Source: a virus
Virus record (IMG/VR): IMGVR_UViG_3300045922_000503
Coordinates: 1-64,000 of that record
Length of the DNA stretch: 64,000 bases
Reading direction: 5' to 3' (one strand)
Part shown: positions 18,354 through 28,410 of the stretch, one piece after another
Layout of the letters: each line of letters begins with the position of its first letter
How positions within the stretch are numbered: the stretch's first letter is position 1
Translations under genes and position numbers: made by a program
Notes under the pieces: generated by a model
The model's input: the letters and a program-made list of their open reading frames with translations, nothing else
Database searches by the model: none
Told to the model about the DNA's origin: nothing

Positions 18354-19496
18354 ATGGAGGACAGGTTGACGTTCGACCAAGTGGAGCAGGCACTATGCTC
18401 TGAGAAGTGGGCATTCCATGTGCGTGGGATGGAGAAGATCACCAAGGAGTGGAACAAGCGCTCGGGCGGTAAGCTCTCGCCTGAGAAGTTTCTGGACATC
18501 GTCTCGCAGGAGATGAAACTTGTCCGCTGCCGCATGGAGGAAGAAGAGCAATACCAGTCTTGTGGGGCTACTGAGGGCCTGGGGTGGCACAATCTGTTCT
18601 TGGAGCGGATGTTCCGGTTCTGCGGGTACACGCTCATGGAGGCAGCGGAGCCGTGGGTATCTGAGGGCGCAATGGAACTTGGCGGCGCGTGGCCGCACTT
18701 CCAGATCGTAGCCCATTCAGGAGGTCTGGTCCTGTGTCATCCAGGCAGGATGGCGTTCCATGAGCTAGGCCACGCGCTCACCTGCCGACCTGCTGACGGA
18801 AGAGGAGCAGGGTGGAACAGTACTTCGTTGACTCCGCATGCGAACGGCCCACGCGCAGAAAAGCGTGCACTCCAGACAGAGGCGCAGGCCTCGTCCATGG
18901 AGTCCCTGCTTCTCTGCCTGGTCGCACTGGGTGATGCCAAAGCCCTGTTTAGGAGCACGAAGGCGCCAGTAGAGCTGGTCTCCTCGTCCCCGCTCAGGGC
19001 GTTCGTGGTCAAAGAGTCGCGGGATACCCAGGCGCCTTGGGTACACCGCGAGATGGACCAGCACGTAGACAGATGGCAGTCGGTGCTTGCGTTCCTCTAC
19101 CTGTACGCAGCCTACCTCGATGGGTCGCCCCTGCTGGCCAGGTGCTTGTGGGCGCTGGGTCTCAGCGGAGCGTCTAACGAGGACCACAGCACTGGCGAAG
19201 ACGTCGTCGTGCGAGACCCTTCTCTGCAAGGCGGGATGAGGTTGGTCGGGAACTACCGATGGGCATGGCCTCAGGCTCTCGACAGGGGGGTGTCCAGCCC
19301 GCCCATGACGCTCAAGAGGGCGCTGCCCCCGCCGGTGTATCAGGTCTTCCTGTCAGGGGAAGAATGGGATACGTTCATCGACCGCACCTGTGTAGACGCG
19401 TGGTGGAGGGGCAGTGCAAAAGACAGGCAGCCCTTCGCGTTCAGGGCCTGCTACCAGTACACTGGTAGCCCGCTGCTGAACCACCCGTGGGGGTAA
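18354..19496 (+). CDS. Hypothetical protein with HExxH (HELGH) zinc-metalloprotease-like motif
   Basis: MAFHELGHAL...TEAQA. Confidence 0.6.
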   Translation: MEDRLTFDQVEQALCSEKWAFHVRGMEKITKEWNKRSGGKLSPEKFLDIVSQEMKLVRCRMEEEEQYQSCGATEGLGWHNLFLERMFRFCGYTLMEAAEPWVSEGAMELGGAWPHFQIVAHSGGLVLCHPGRMAFHELGHALTCRPADGRGAGWNSTSLTPHANGPRAEKRALQTEAQASSMESLLLCLVALGDAKALFRSTKAPVELVSSSPLRAFVVKESRDTQAPWVHREMDQHVDRWQSVLAFLYLYAAYLDGSPLLARCLWALGLSGASNEDHSTGEDVVVRDPSLQGGMRLVGNYRWAWPQALDRGVSSPPMTLKRALPPPVYQVFLSGEEWDTFIDRTCVDAWWRGSAKDRQPFAFRACYQYTGSPLLNHPWG

Positions 19497-19509
19497 CCGA
19501 TTCAGAGCG

Positions 19510-19519
19510 GGCCATAACA
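19510..19519 (+). promoter_or_regulatory. GGCCATAACA promoter motif plus hairpin GACGCAG-ATGGG-CTGCGTC
   Basis: Exact motif heading the 19.6-23.8 kb operon. Confidence 0.75.
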
Positions 19520-19602
19520 AGTGCGACGCAGATGGGCTGCGTCCGACGTCAAGGGCAGTTTCTGCCCAGCCAATGCGCAAAGCGCACTACCCCCTGGAGA
19601 CC

Positions 19603-20133
19603 ATGACAGAGAACAAGCCTTTCCACCCCAGCGACATCCACGAGTCGCTCGAGGTTCCTTTCCCACCCTTCAATGTGCCCAGGGTGGTCGAGTTCCACGG
19701 GGCAGTCCCCCTGACTCCACCCATCGATGACTGCAAAGAGATCTATATCTACACGGTGGAGGGCCTGCCGGGGCTGCTGATGGTCTACGCTCCTGAGGGC
19801 GAAACGGCAGACCCGTGGATCCTTCTGGGGCCGGGCGCGGAGTCTCTAGCAAAGGCTCCCAGTCCGTGGGACCTGCCTCACATTGCGTTCTCCCATATGA
19901 AGCGTGCCTTGGCAGATACAATGGCGCAGGCGCTCAACTTGTCCTTCAGCCACCTGTCGCTCATGGAGGACGTAGGCAACGATCGAAGGAACTCAAGGGT
20001 TCTTGGTCACGCGGCGGAGGCCCTGTTTGATGTTGCATGGGCTCACTTCGTCCTCCAAGTGTCCGAAAAGCCGAGTGAGAAGCCCACCGCCCCACAAGAG
20101 ACCGGTGACACCGACAAGGGGGGGCCATGTTGA
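19603..20133 (+). CDS. Hypothetical protein, paralog of 21219..21755
   Basis: GGAG RBS; KPFHPSD...IYTVEGLPGLLMVY...DPW. Confidence 0.7.
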   Translation: MTENKPFHPSDIHESLEVPFPPFNVPRVVEFHGAVPLTPPIDDCKEIYIYTVEGLPGLLMVYAPEGETADPWILLGPGAESLAKAPSPWDLPHIAFSHMKRALADTMAQALNLSFSHLSLMEDVGNDRRNSRVLGHAAEALFDVAWAHFVLQVSEKPSEKPTAPQETGDTDKGGPC

Positions 20134-20567
20134 TCTCCATGCATCCCGCGCTCCACGACGAGGAGTGGAGCAAGTTGGAGCTGGACGTAGAGACTATCGT
20201 GGTCAAAAGACTGACCCTTCGCAGGTGCAAGCTCGTCGAGTTGGATAACTGGGAAGGCGTCTACGGTCCATTGGAGCCAGCGCACCGAGGATTCGCCCAC
20301 TCATCCCCCGTCTTTGGGCTCAATGCAGTCTGGATCGTTCTCATCCCTGAAGTCCAGGAGGTGAGAGGTCGCTACCGGGTCACGGCATGGTGTGCAGGCT
20401 GCCTAGTCCAGCCTGCGTTCGCCACGGTTGACGCAGAGGACCCCGTTCTGCCCGCTCCTAAGAACTTCTGCGTGTCCACGACTCCGACATCTGCGCTTGA
20501 CTCTCTTGCCAGAGCGGCGCACCGAGACGTCCTCATCGGGAATGCCGTCGTCGAGGCGACAGCGTAG
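20127..20567 (+). CDS. Hypothetical protein
   Basis: Coupled ORF in operon. Confidence 0.65.
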   Translation: MLISMHPALHDEEWSKLELDVETIVVKRLTLRRCKLVELDNWEGVYGPLEPAHRGFAHSSPVFGLNAVWIVLIPEVQEVRGRYRVTAWCAGCLVQPAFATVDAEDPVLPAPKNFCVSTTPTSALDSLARAAHRDVLIGNAVVEATA

Positions 20568-20690
20568 CCCGGAACGCAGCCTGCATCTCCTGGAGCGCAC
20601 TCTGCTGGCGGCTGCCAGCTGCTTGCGCTCCTTTTGTCTACTTCCGCCGCCATGCCTCGCGGTGTGCGGCCTCTTACCCAGAGAACCTAC

Positions 20691-21125
20691 ATGTCCTACA
20701 TCGACGACAACCTGATGCCTCTTGAGACTGTCCAGGCCCGGGCAACCCTTCACTGGGTACGCTTCCTCCTCCCTGTCTTCCTTCTGGGGATGGCGGTCTT
20801 GCTCCACGCTGCCGAGTATCCTGTCCCGGCGCTTTACCTGGCCAGCTTTCTGGCCTTGGGGTACAGGGTGATGGAAACGTGGACCACTGAAATGGCGGCC
20901 ACGACCAAGAGGATCCTCGGCAAGAAGGGGGTCATTGCCCGCAGGGCGTTGGATATGAACATCTCCAAGCTGGAGAGCGTGGAAGTTCACCAGAGCATCC
21001 TGGGTCGGATCCTAGGCTACGGGACGCTGGAGTTTCGAGGTGCTGGGTCCGGGAAGTCCCGGATGACGTGCATCTCCAATCCGACAGCCTTCAAGAAGGC
21101 TGTCTACGCCCAGATGCAAGACTGA
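20691..21125 (+). CDS. Bacterial PH-domain (bPH_2/DUF304-like) membrane protein
   Basis: Two TM helices then TTKRILGKKGVIARR...KLESVEVHQSILGRILGYGTL. Confidence 0.85.
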   Translation: MSYIDDNLMPLETVQARATLHWVRFLLPVFLLGMAVLLHAAEYPVPALYLASFLALGYRVMETWTTEMAATTKRILGKKGVIARRALDMNISKLESVEVHQSILGRILGYGTLEFRGAGSGKSRMTCISNPTAFKKAVYAQMQD

Positions 21126-21218
21126 CCGTCCCGAAGGGGCAGGCTCGCCCACCAGGAGGGACCCCCTACGTCGATTTTACCAACGGCACCTCGGCAGGTA
21201 CCCGCACCATGGCGCAAC

Positions 21219-21755
21219 ATGGAAGATCGCCCTTACCACCCCCCCGACTCTACGACATCCATCGAGATCAAGACGGACACCCAAGCGTCCCCTGCAGGAG
21301 AAGAGACGCTGCGGCTGATTCCTGTCCACAGCCCTGCACTGCCGGCTGACTCCATCATCTACAACGTGGAGGGCCGCCCAGGCATCGTCTTCGCGTACTT
21401 CAAGCGGCTCACTACGGAGCAGGAACCTTGGCACATCTTTGAGACGGCCCCGGACCACGGCAACGTCGTCGTCGCGTCAGGGGCTACTCCCAAGGCTGCC
21501 TATGATCTTGCGCTGGAGTCGACCACTCGATTCGTCGCCAAGTCCGTCAGGGACGTCATGGTGTCACACCGAGTGCTCTCCGCGCTGACGAGCTCAGAAG
21601 ACGAACTGCACCGACAAGTCGAGTTCGGGTCCAAAGCCGTGACGGCGGTCTCACAAGTTGTGATGTCTGCAGCGATGCAAGCTGTGGCCAGAAGGATGGA
21701 CACCGTTGCTCGAAAAGCATCGAGCCCTGACGACCAAGAGGACGACCGTGACTGA
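21219..21755 (+). CDS. Hypothetical protein, paralog of 19603..20133
   Basis: RPYHPPD...IYNVEGRPGIVFAY...EPW. Confidence 0.7.
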   Translation: MEDRPYHPPDSTTSIEIKTDTQASPAGEETLRLIPVHSPALPADSIIYNVEGRPGIVFAYFKRLTTEQEPWHIFETAPDHGNVVVASGATPKAAYDLALESTTRFVAKSVRDVMVSHRVLSALTSSEDELHRQVEFGSKAVTAVSQVVMSAAMQAVARRMDTVARKASSPDDQEDDRD

Positions 21756-21786
21756 GCAGCACCCTGCACTACGAGAACCAAGAAAC

Positions 21787-22383
21787 ATGGAGGATTCCGT
21801 GAGCACCCATGTCGATCTTTCCCTTTTCTCTACGGAAGCGCGTCTGGAGACGCTCATGTCCGCCAAAGAAGCCGAGGTCTCTGCCGAGTTCGTGCAGCAC
21901 CCCCGTTTCTTCTGGGTACCGGGGATGTGGGTAGAGCTGAAAGACCGGACGCTACAAGACCGTCTTCCGCTGACTGGGACTGTGGGGCTCCTGCGAGACG
22001 ACGGCGTCACCCGTGAGCTGTGGAGTGCACCGCCCCCGCACAAGAAGGCAGAGGTGCTGGTCACAGACGACCACCTCTCGGAGTTCTACATCCCCAACCC
22101 GGTCGTCTCCTACACATCAGCCAAGGCATGCGCCGACGTCGTGGAGAAGGTATGGGGTGTCACAGGGGTCTTCGCTCGACCAGTTGAGGTGCTACCCCCA
22201 GGCATCACCTGGCTCAACCGGACCGCGTCCACCCCCGCGGAGATCAGATACGCTCTCCTCGTCCCGGAGTTCGCGTCGAACAAGACGAAGAAGAGGTGGC
22301 AGAGGGTGTTCCCCTCCCGACCCGAGGACTTGGCTGGGACGGTGTCGGAGTTGTATCTCCGTGCCCTTGAAGAGGCACCATGA
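21787..22383 (+). CDS. Hypothetical protein (start uncertain, possibly GTG 21748)
   Basis: ORF in co-oriented operon. Confidence 0.65.
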   Translation: MEDSVSTHVDLSLFSTEARLETLMSAKEAEVSAEFVQHPRFFWVPGMWVELKDRTLQDRLPLTGTVGLLRDDGVTRELWSAPPPHKKAEVLVTDDHLSEFYIPNPVVSYTSAKACADVVEKVWGVTGVFARPVEVLPPGITWLNRTASTPAEIRYALLVPEFASNKTKKRWQRVFPSRPEDLAGTVSELYLRALEEAP

Positions 22384-22429
22384 CAGCGCAGGCCGACCGG
22401 GCATGTCGCCCGTACTCTCTGGAGGCATC

Positions 22430-23212
22430 ATGATAGAACTACGCAAGGGAGAGGAAGCCCGGCATCCCACTCAGAACGAGTGCCCGGGTTGGCCGCGCGA
22501 GGAGGTGACAACCCACACCGCCATGGGAGGGGACTGGACTGCTGAGGCGTACGTCGAGGTCCATGCCGAGTACTCTCCCTGGCCCATGGATGACGACGAA
22601 CTAACAGGATTTGGGCTGGCGTTGCTTCCTCGTAAGTTTCAGCTGACACCGGATACGCTCTCTGCAGATACCCCATTCGCCACCTTCGACGCGAAGACGG
22701 GCTCGCAGGTGATCTCGCAGTTCCGCGATTGTTCTTTCCCCGGGGATGACGGCCCCAGGGAAGAGGGGGAGAGACCGTGTGATAGGTACGCGCTCTCGGT
22801 AGTCCACTACTACGGGAGCCAGAGTTGGTTCTGGTTCGTCACAGACACCAAGTACGTGGGCGCCAAAGACGAGCGAGTCGCTGCAGCTCAGCGCATCTGC
22901 TCCGGGGAGTCAGGGGACTTCATCGTCACCGTATGGAGGGGCGCCACAGTGAGGCCCCCGAAGGGAAAGAGTCTCCATGTTCTGGTCACTGAGGATTCCA
23001 CTCTCGCCCTGATTGACGGTGCTCACGCGGACCAGGACATCCTCCAAGTGGCGGCAGAGTTGGCGCCCCTGACCCCTCCTACCGTGCCTGAGATCTTGGA
23101 GGCAATCCAACGGGACATCCATCAAGCCGAAGAACATAAGCAGCGGCTCGACCGCGCTGCGTTCGCGTTTTCCCGGGATCCCGGCACCAATGGAGAAGTC
23201 TATGACTCGTGA
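22430..23212 (+). CDS. Hypothetical protein
   Basis: GGAGG RBS before ATG 22430. Confidence 0.7.
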   Translation: MIELRKGEEARHPTQNECPGWPREEVTTHTAMGGDWTAEAYVEVHAEYSPWPMDDDELTGFGLALLPRKFQLTPDTLSADTPFATFDAKTGSQVISQFRDCSFPGDDGPREEGERPCDRYALSVVHYYGSQSWFWFVTDTKYVGAKDERVAAAQRICSGESGDFIVTVWRGATVRPPKGKSLHVLVTEDSTLALIDGAHADQDILQVAAELAPLTPPTVPEILEAIQRDIHQAEEHKQRLDRAAFAFSRDPGTNGEVYDS

Positions 23213-23804
23213 CAAGTCCTTGTGCACGACTAGGCAGGACCTCTGCAGTGAGGTGACCGCCCTGATGGCTTCCTTTCAGACCTACCTCGACATACATGGA
23301 CCCAAGGGCGCGTTCCTGCACGCGCTAGACGGTACCCCACCTCTGTCGTTGTCCAAGTTACTGGGTGTGGTGGACGTAGCTCCCCTTGTGAAGGTCGCCG
23401 GAATGATCGACTTGCACGCCTCTTCTGTGCGGTGGCAAGACGTGACGGCGGTGGTGGGCGACCGAGGGCCGTCGGAGGGGTTCGACCGATGGTTTACCGC
23501 CAAGATGAAGGAAGGGCACAAGTTTGCCCTTCGCGTCTACGAGCTCCAGCCCGACGGAGAACCCGCGGCCAGTGGGGTGGCGGCTGGGTTTCTCCGGTTC
23601 AGCCTGTTCGTCAGCTTCTCCGCCGACCTCAAGAATCAGATCATGGAGTGGGCGGTGTGGGCCGTCGCTGCCGACAGGCTCCTTGGCCGAGTAGAGAGGG
23701 CGTTCGATTACAGCAGCGCCACTGCGACGTCTGAGACGTCCAGCATCGACATCTGCCGCATGCTGGAGGAGGTGGTAGAGATGGCTGGCCGCCAGGAATT
23801 CTGA
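23190..23804 (+). CDS. Hypothetical protein
   Basis: Last ORF before terminator. Confidence 0.7.
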   Translation: MEKSMTRDKSLCTTRQDLCSEVTALMASFQTYLDIHGPKGAFLHALDGTPPLSLSKLLGVVDVAPLVKVAGMIDLHASSVRWQDVTAVVGDRGPSEGFDRWFTAKMKEGHKFALRVYELQPDGEPAASGVAAGFLRFSLFVSFSADLKNQIMEWAVWAVAADRLLGRVERAFDYSSATATSETSSIDICRMLEEVVEMAGRQEF

Positions 23805-23809
23805 CATCA

Positions 23810-23857
23810 GGCCTACCCCGGCCCATACCATCAAGGGGGCCGGGGTAGGCCAGTTTT
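23810..23857 (+). terminator. Intrinsic terminator between convergent operons
   Basis: GGCCTACCCCGGCCC/GGGCCGGGGTAGGCC stem followed by AGTTTT. Confidence 0.75.
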
Positions 23858-24010
23858 CCCGCTGACCTACACTCGTGCGTAGGTAGAGCCACGTGCCCCC
23901 GGTGTGCAGGAGAGGAGCACGCGTCTCTGCTGCAGGCACGCTACTCATTCAGGGCAGGTCTCGCAACTAAGAGAAGGCGCTGCTGCGCCGCCGGCTGGCG
24001 CCGGCCTCTC

Positions 24011-25207
24011 TTAGCCCACCAGGAGGTGCTCTGAAACCTGCCGGGCTAGTGCCCTCAGGTTGAGCATGTCTTGAACGAACGAACTACATCTCTGGAGGCA
24101 GGGGTCCTTGTCGACAAGGGCGACTTCGTTCCGACATAGGACGTGCACCAGCTGCGCCCAAGGGCTCTGGTCATCTTCCCACCCTTCTTCGCGCAGCAGG
24201 GCTCTGAGGATGGTCCTGGCCATCTGCTCAGTCTCCCTGTCGTGGGCTGACATGCGGTCAAGCGACTTGTCCAGACTCCGATAGAAGTTGATTGAGTACA
24301 CCACATCGAAGAGGATACGGAATAAAGCAGCCACCGCCCCACGTGCCACCCCCAAGCTGTCTGGTCGGATGATTCGGTCGCCGGGGAGTGGGCTTTCTCT
24401 AGGCGCGCCAAAGCTCAAGGTCACTGAGCCGCTTCTGACGAGTCCCCCTCGAATCCTTGTCCACGGATACGCCTGAAGGCTGGAGCATAAAGTCTCGTCC
24501 ACGTGTGGAGTCCAGTCGTCGGCGCGAAACTGCATCAACAGCCCCAGCTCGGAGCAAAGGTACCCACTTGCGTACTTTTGCCGCCGGAAGACGAACGGTG
24601 AGTCCCACAGGCGAAGCGTCTTCGGTACGTCCCCTGATTGGTACGGGATCAAGAAGGAGTAGACAGATTTCCACAGATCTCCCCCTCCGACATTTACCCT
24701 GGTGGGGTTCTCCCCGGAAGGCATCGCAGCCAGCGTGGTGGCTGTACACGCGTCTGCTGCGATGAAACAGGAGAAGACGGTGACGTCCTGATGCCGTACC
24801 GCGACGTTGATGACGACCCCGGAGGACACGGCGATTCTGGACCAGTCGCCCTTCTTCTTGTCCGGGTGCAGATCTACGTGGTAGGCAAAGTCACGGGCCC
24901 ATGAAGAGGAGTTTACCATCTCCAGCAGCCGAGAGGACAAGGCCTTTCCAGAGCGAACGGTTACCTTTCCAGGTTCTCCAGCCAGTACCACCCCTTCGTC
25001 TGTCAGGCTTAGGTACTCCAGCTCGACCAGTAGCTTCCTCAGCGCCGCATGGCTCAGGTGCGGCGCTGAAGAGGCTGACCGAGAAGCAGCCTGCTCCTCT
25101 ACAGCCTTCTCTGCGTCAAGGTGAGTGGCGTGCCTGTAGTGGCCCATGGAGAACCCGTAGCCTTCGGCAGGGGCGGGCGGCGTGTATTGCTGGATCATGT
25201 CAATCAT
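24011..25207 (-). CDS. Hypothetical protein (398 aa)
   Basis: ATGA overlap with upstream gene. Confidence 0.75.
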   Translation of the reverse strand: MIDMIQQYTPPAPAEGYGFSMGHYRHATHLDAEKAVEEQAASRSASSAPHLSHAALRKLLVELEYLSLTDEGVVLAGEPGKVTVRSGKALSSRLLEMVNSSSWARDFAYHVDLHPDKKKGDWSRIAVSSGVVINVAVRHQDVTVFSCFIAADACTATTLAAMPSGENPTRVNVGGGDLWKSVYSFLIPYQSGDVPKTLRLWDSPFVFRRQKYASGYLCSELGLLMQFRADDWTPHVDETLCSSLQAYPWTRIRGGLVRSGSVTLSFGAPRESPLPGDRIIRPDSLGVARGAVAALFRILFDVVYSINFYRSLDKSLDRMSAHDRETEQMARTILRALLREEGWEDDQSPWAQLVHVLCRNEVALVDKDPCLQRCSSFVQDMLNLRALARQVSEHLLVG

Positions 25208-26208
25208 TCTTCCACCTCCTGCGCCATGCGGGCCCGCCGCTCCCGGTACTCAAGGTAGCTCCGGTTGTCCTCCACGTAGGTGTAGACCTTCCTAGGGGTG
25301 CGAGCCCAGAATAGTCCCATCTTCGTCGGCCAGGGGAGGCTGAGAGCGCCTAGGAGTCGCTTATCCCGGTAGCTCTGCGCATCCAGGATGTTCAGGTCAA
25401 TCTGGTCGATGCGCCGGAAGCCTGCCTGGTTCCAAGGTTCTGAGAACAGGGTGCTGATGTCCCAATCGTCCTTCAGCAGGTGCCAGCCCCTCTCCTTTGC
25501 ACCGATCATCCTCCGAAGCTGCAGGATGCACATGGCGTGGGCAAAGTCCCTCCTCTGCTGGTCGTTTTCGAGCTGCCAGAACAGCTCCCATCCTCTGGGG
25601 CTTACCTTGTGGGACCAGTGCCAGCGAGTCTGAAGGTCGGCTTCTTCAATGCAGAGGGTGGCAAGGCTGCGGTCTGCCTCTTCCAGCCTGGGGAGCCAGG
25701 TCCCATCCGCCGCACAGTACTCCTCCCAGTACACCTCGCCGTTCGACACGTCCCGCAAGGCCGTGAGAACGGTCTCCAGAGGAAGAAGAGGCACAGGGAC
25801 GCAGAAGAACTCCAGCCCGTCCATCACGGTGTAGTTGCCCGGGTCCTGGTACCGAAGGTTGTTGTCCCCGTAGTTGGTGAACCCTACCACCAGTCTCATA
25901 TTCTGTACGTGGCCGCGGGACCACGGGGCGTGCGGGATAGGAACGTTCACAGCGGCGGCGAACGTTCCTCCGTCCTCGAAGTAGGAGTCCTCACTGCTTG
26001 CGGTCGGGAATCTCCCGAACCCTGGGGCCAAGTGCGCGTTACCTCCCGTGGGGTGGAAGTAGATGTCATGGTCCCACACCCCGCCAACGCGGGCACCGGC
26101 CGGGCGGCCATCAGGGCCTGCCTCCAGGAGCCGCAGCCGGCTGTAGTCCATCCGGTCGGTATCACGGATGCGTGGGAATACGGCCTGAGGCAAATCTTGG
26201 TACTTCAT
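25204..26208 (-). CDS. Hypothetical protein (MKYQDL..., ~334 aa)
   Basis: GAGG RBS before ATG 26208. Confidence 0.7.
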   Translation of the reverse strand: MKYQDLPQAVFPRIRDTDRMDYSRLRLLEAGPDGRPAGARVGGVWDHDIYFHPTGGNAHLAPGFGRFPTASSEDSYFEDGGTFAAAVNVPIPHAPWSRGHVQNMRLVVGFTNYGDNNLRYQDPGNYTVMDGLEFFCVPVPLLPLETVLTALRDVSNGEVYWEEYCAADGTWLPRLEEADRSLATLCIEEADLQTRWHWSHKVSPRGWELFWQLENDQQRRDFAHAMCILQLRRMIGAKERGWHLLKDDWDISTLFSEPWNQAGFRRIDQIDLNILDAQSYRDKRLLGALSLPWPTKMGLFWARTPRKVYTYVEDNRSYLEYRERRARMAQEVEE

Positions 26209-28264
26209 CGCTGCCCTCTGCTTCTGGGTCGAGGTTGCCGAACAGGGTCCCGTCAACGCAGAATGCGTCCCGGACCCAAGGTAGTTCAGGGTGATCTGCT
26301 GCGCCCACGGTCAGCACCAGATTCTTCACCAAGGTGCTTACCGCCCCGTCAAGGGCGCTGTAGTCCACCAGGGCCTTACTGGGGCCCCTGCTCGCTGCGG
26401 GTACCTTGACCCGGGCAGACGCGATTTCAATGTACCCAGGGGACGAAACCTGCGCGTTAGGCCCGACAACATCGGCCCCAACCAACTGCAGCAGTCTGGA
26501 TCTGTACCCCCCGGCCACCGCGGCGACGAGGTCTCCCACGGCTCCTGAGCTCTGCACCATCACATTGCCCTCAACGAAATCGTCAGGGCACCCATCCTCG
26601 TGCCTGAGGGGGGGAGCGCCAGGAGAGCGTGCCTCTTCCGCGGCGGCGATGGCGTCGTAGTAGAGCACCTGGATATCAATGTTCGCGCTCTCCCACGCGG
26701 CATCATCGCAGTCCTGCCACTGCATGGAGAGATAGAGCCAGAGCAGAACGTCCTGGCTCGACAGCCGGGCGAGAGACGAGATGAGAACCAGGTTGGCGCC
26801 TGCCACGCTATCCAGCAATGGCGCGTTGGGTACTTTCATCTCTTCTGTAGGTTGAAGCCGGGGGCCCTGGCGGAAGATAATCCTGCGGTCCTCTCCGTCA
26901 GAGTCCAGCCATCCCGCCAGCTGCAGCATGGCAATGCCCAGGTTCTCGTCGGTCATCCTCCTTTTCAACTTCTCCTCTTCCGTCAGGGTTTCCCTCAGAC
27001 TGGCGAAGAAGTCGTCCCCCACGCATGTGCCAAGAGGCGCTATGACGATGGAGTGCAAGGCCTCGGTCGCCGCGACCAAGTGAGGGTGCGTGGCGTGAGC
27101 ACGCGCCAAGGACGCATGCGTATGGTAGGCCAGAGACGCCAAGGTAATGAGGCGAAAGGCCCAGGGCACGTTCTGATACCTGCCGGACAGAGGGGCGAAG
27201 ACCGGGCAGGTGGCGCGCACTGCAGCGGTGGATCCTCTACCGTAGGTGAATGGAGACAGAGGAAAGTTCAGGTCTCTGACGGGCTTCACTGCCAGGTAGA
27301 CCTCGTCCATGACCTCGTTTACTGCCTCAGGTAGGCGCTCGGCCATCACCCGGGCGCACTCCAAGTAGGGAGCGTCCCTCCAGCGGGCGCTATCCTGGTC
27401 TGGCCCTTGAAATCGGTAAGGATTCCGTGCCCCAGCCGTGCGGATGTGAGAACCACTGGGCCCGACACCGCTTTCGAGCCCACGCACTGGCATGCGCAGG
27501 TACTCGACGTAGTTGGAGATGGCTGCTGCTTGGTACGGGCACAGCAGTGCCTCTTTCAGCAGGGTAGGCAAATCCTTCTGGGGCTTGGCAAACTGGTTAG
27601 CCAGACGAGCCGCCACGGCCACGCACACGTCGAGGAACATAGCCCAGAAGCCAGGAGACAAGTACACCGGGACGTTGTCCCATCTGCCGGCCTTGACCGT
27701 CCCCGACACGGCCCCCGTCTGCGCTGCTGCAGACTGAAGAGCGCTCGACAGCGCCCGCAGCCGGGACTCTGCACCGGCCCGAGACGTGGCTGGGTCGCTC
27801 CACAGCTGCTCGACGAACCGGCTCAAGGCGTTCTTTTCCGCGTCTCGGGAGATGAACTCCTGAACTAGAGCCCGTAGGTCAGCAAGGCTGACGCTGACCT
27901 CCGGGCCTAGCGAAGTGGGGGCTTCGGTCAGTGGGGTAGAGGGGTCGGCTATGTGGAGAGAGATGCAGACCGCGGTCGTGGCCAAATTGGAAATCATGCG
28001 GTCTGCTGCGTCATCGCACTCGCTGCGATCGAGGCTGCTCTTCTTCAGGAAGGCCCTCTGTCGATGACACAGCGCGGCTTCTGGGCCGATCTCAGCCGCA
28101 ACAGCCAGAAAGGTGGACCACCCCGACTCGAGGAACTTGGCGAAGTTGGGGGATGCCGCCCTGTTGGCTGCGCTGAGGAGGTAGAGCAGCGGCGAAAGAA
28201 GCTCTCGATGTTCTGGACCCCTGAGCGGCACCGGGATGTTCTTGGCGTTATGTCGGGTAGTCAT
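26162..28264 (-). CDS. Large helical hypothetical protein (700 aa)
   Basis: GAGGA RBS; first gene after promoter motif 28313. Confidence 0.75.
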   Translation of the reverse strand: MTTRHNAKNIPVPLRGPEHRELLSPLLYLLSAANRAASPNFAKFLESGWSTFLAVAAEIGPEAALCHRQRAFLKKSSLDRSECDDAADRMISNLATTAVCISLHIADPSTPLTEAPTSLGPEVSVSLADLRALVQEFISRDAEKNALSRFVEQLWSDPATSRAGAESRLRALSSALQSAAAQTGAVSGTVKAGRWDNVPVYLSPGFWAMFLDVCVAVAARLANQFAKPQKDLPTLLKEALLCPYQAAAISNYVEYLRMPVRGLESGVGPSGSHIRTAGARNPYRFQGPDQDSARWRDAPYLECARVMAERLPEAVNEVMDEVYLAVKPVRDLNFPLSPFTYGRGSTAAVRATCPVFAPLSGRYQNVPWAFRLITLASLAYHTHASLARAHATHPHLVAATEALHSIVIAPLGTCVGDDFFASLRETLTEEEKLKRRMTDENLGIAMLQLAGWLDSDGEDRRIIFRQGPRLQPTEEMKVPNAPLLDSVAGANLVLISSLARLSSQDVLLWLYLSMQWQDCDDAAWESANIDIQVLYYDAIAAAEEARSPGAPPLRHEDGCPDDFVEGNVMVQSSGAVGDLVAAVAGGYRSRLLQLVGADVVGPNAQVSSPGYIEIASARVKVPAASRGPSKALVDYSALDGAVSTLVKNLVLTVGAADHPELPWVRDAFCVDGTLFGNLDPEAEGSDEVPRFASGRIPTHP

Positions 28265-28312
28265 GTGGTGTCCTCTGAGATTTGCACTAACGCAGGCTGA
28301 TCCCTGCAGCCG

Positions 28313-28322
28313 TGTTATGGCC
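28313..28322 (-). promoter_or_regulatory. GGCCATAACA promoter motif plus hairpin GCAGG-GATCAG-CCTGC
   Basis: Exact motif ~48 nt upstream of ATG 28264. Confidence 0.75.
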
Positions 28323-28369
28323 GGGAGTGGACTAGGGGTGGGCTAGAGGGTGGACTAGGGGGGGCGGGG
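28323..28369 (+). repeat. G-rich short tandem repeat (GTGGRCTAGRGG x3)
   Basis: gtggactaggg-gtgggctagagg-gtggactagggggggcgggg. Confidence 0.7.
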
Positions 28370-28410
28370 TTTGGTAACGTGCAGTGGTACTCGTCTCTGT
28401 GAGGAGATCC

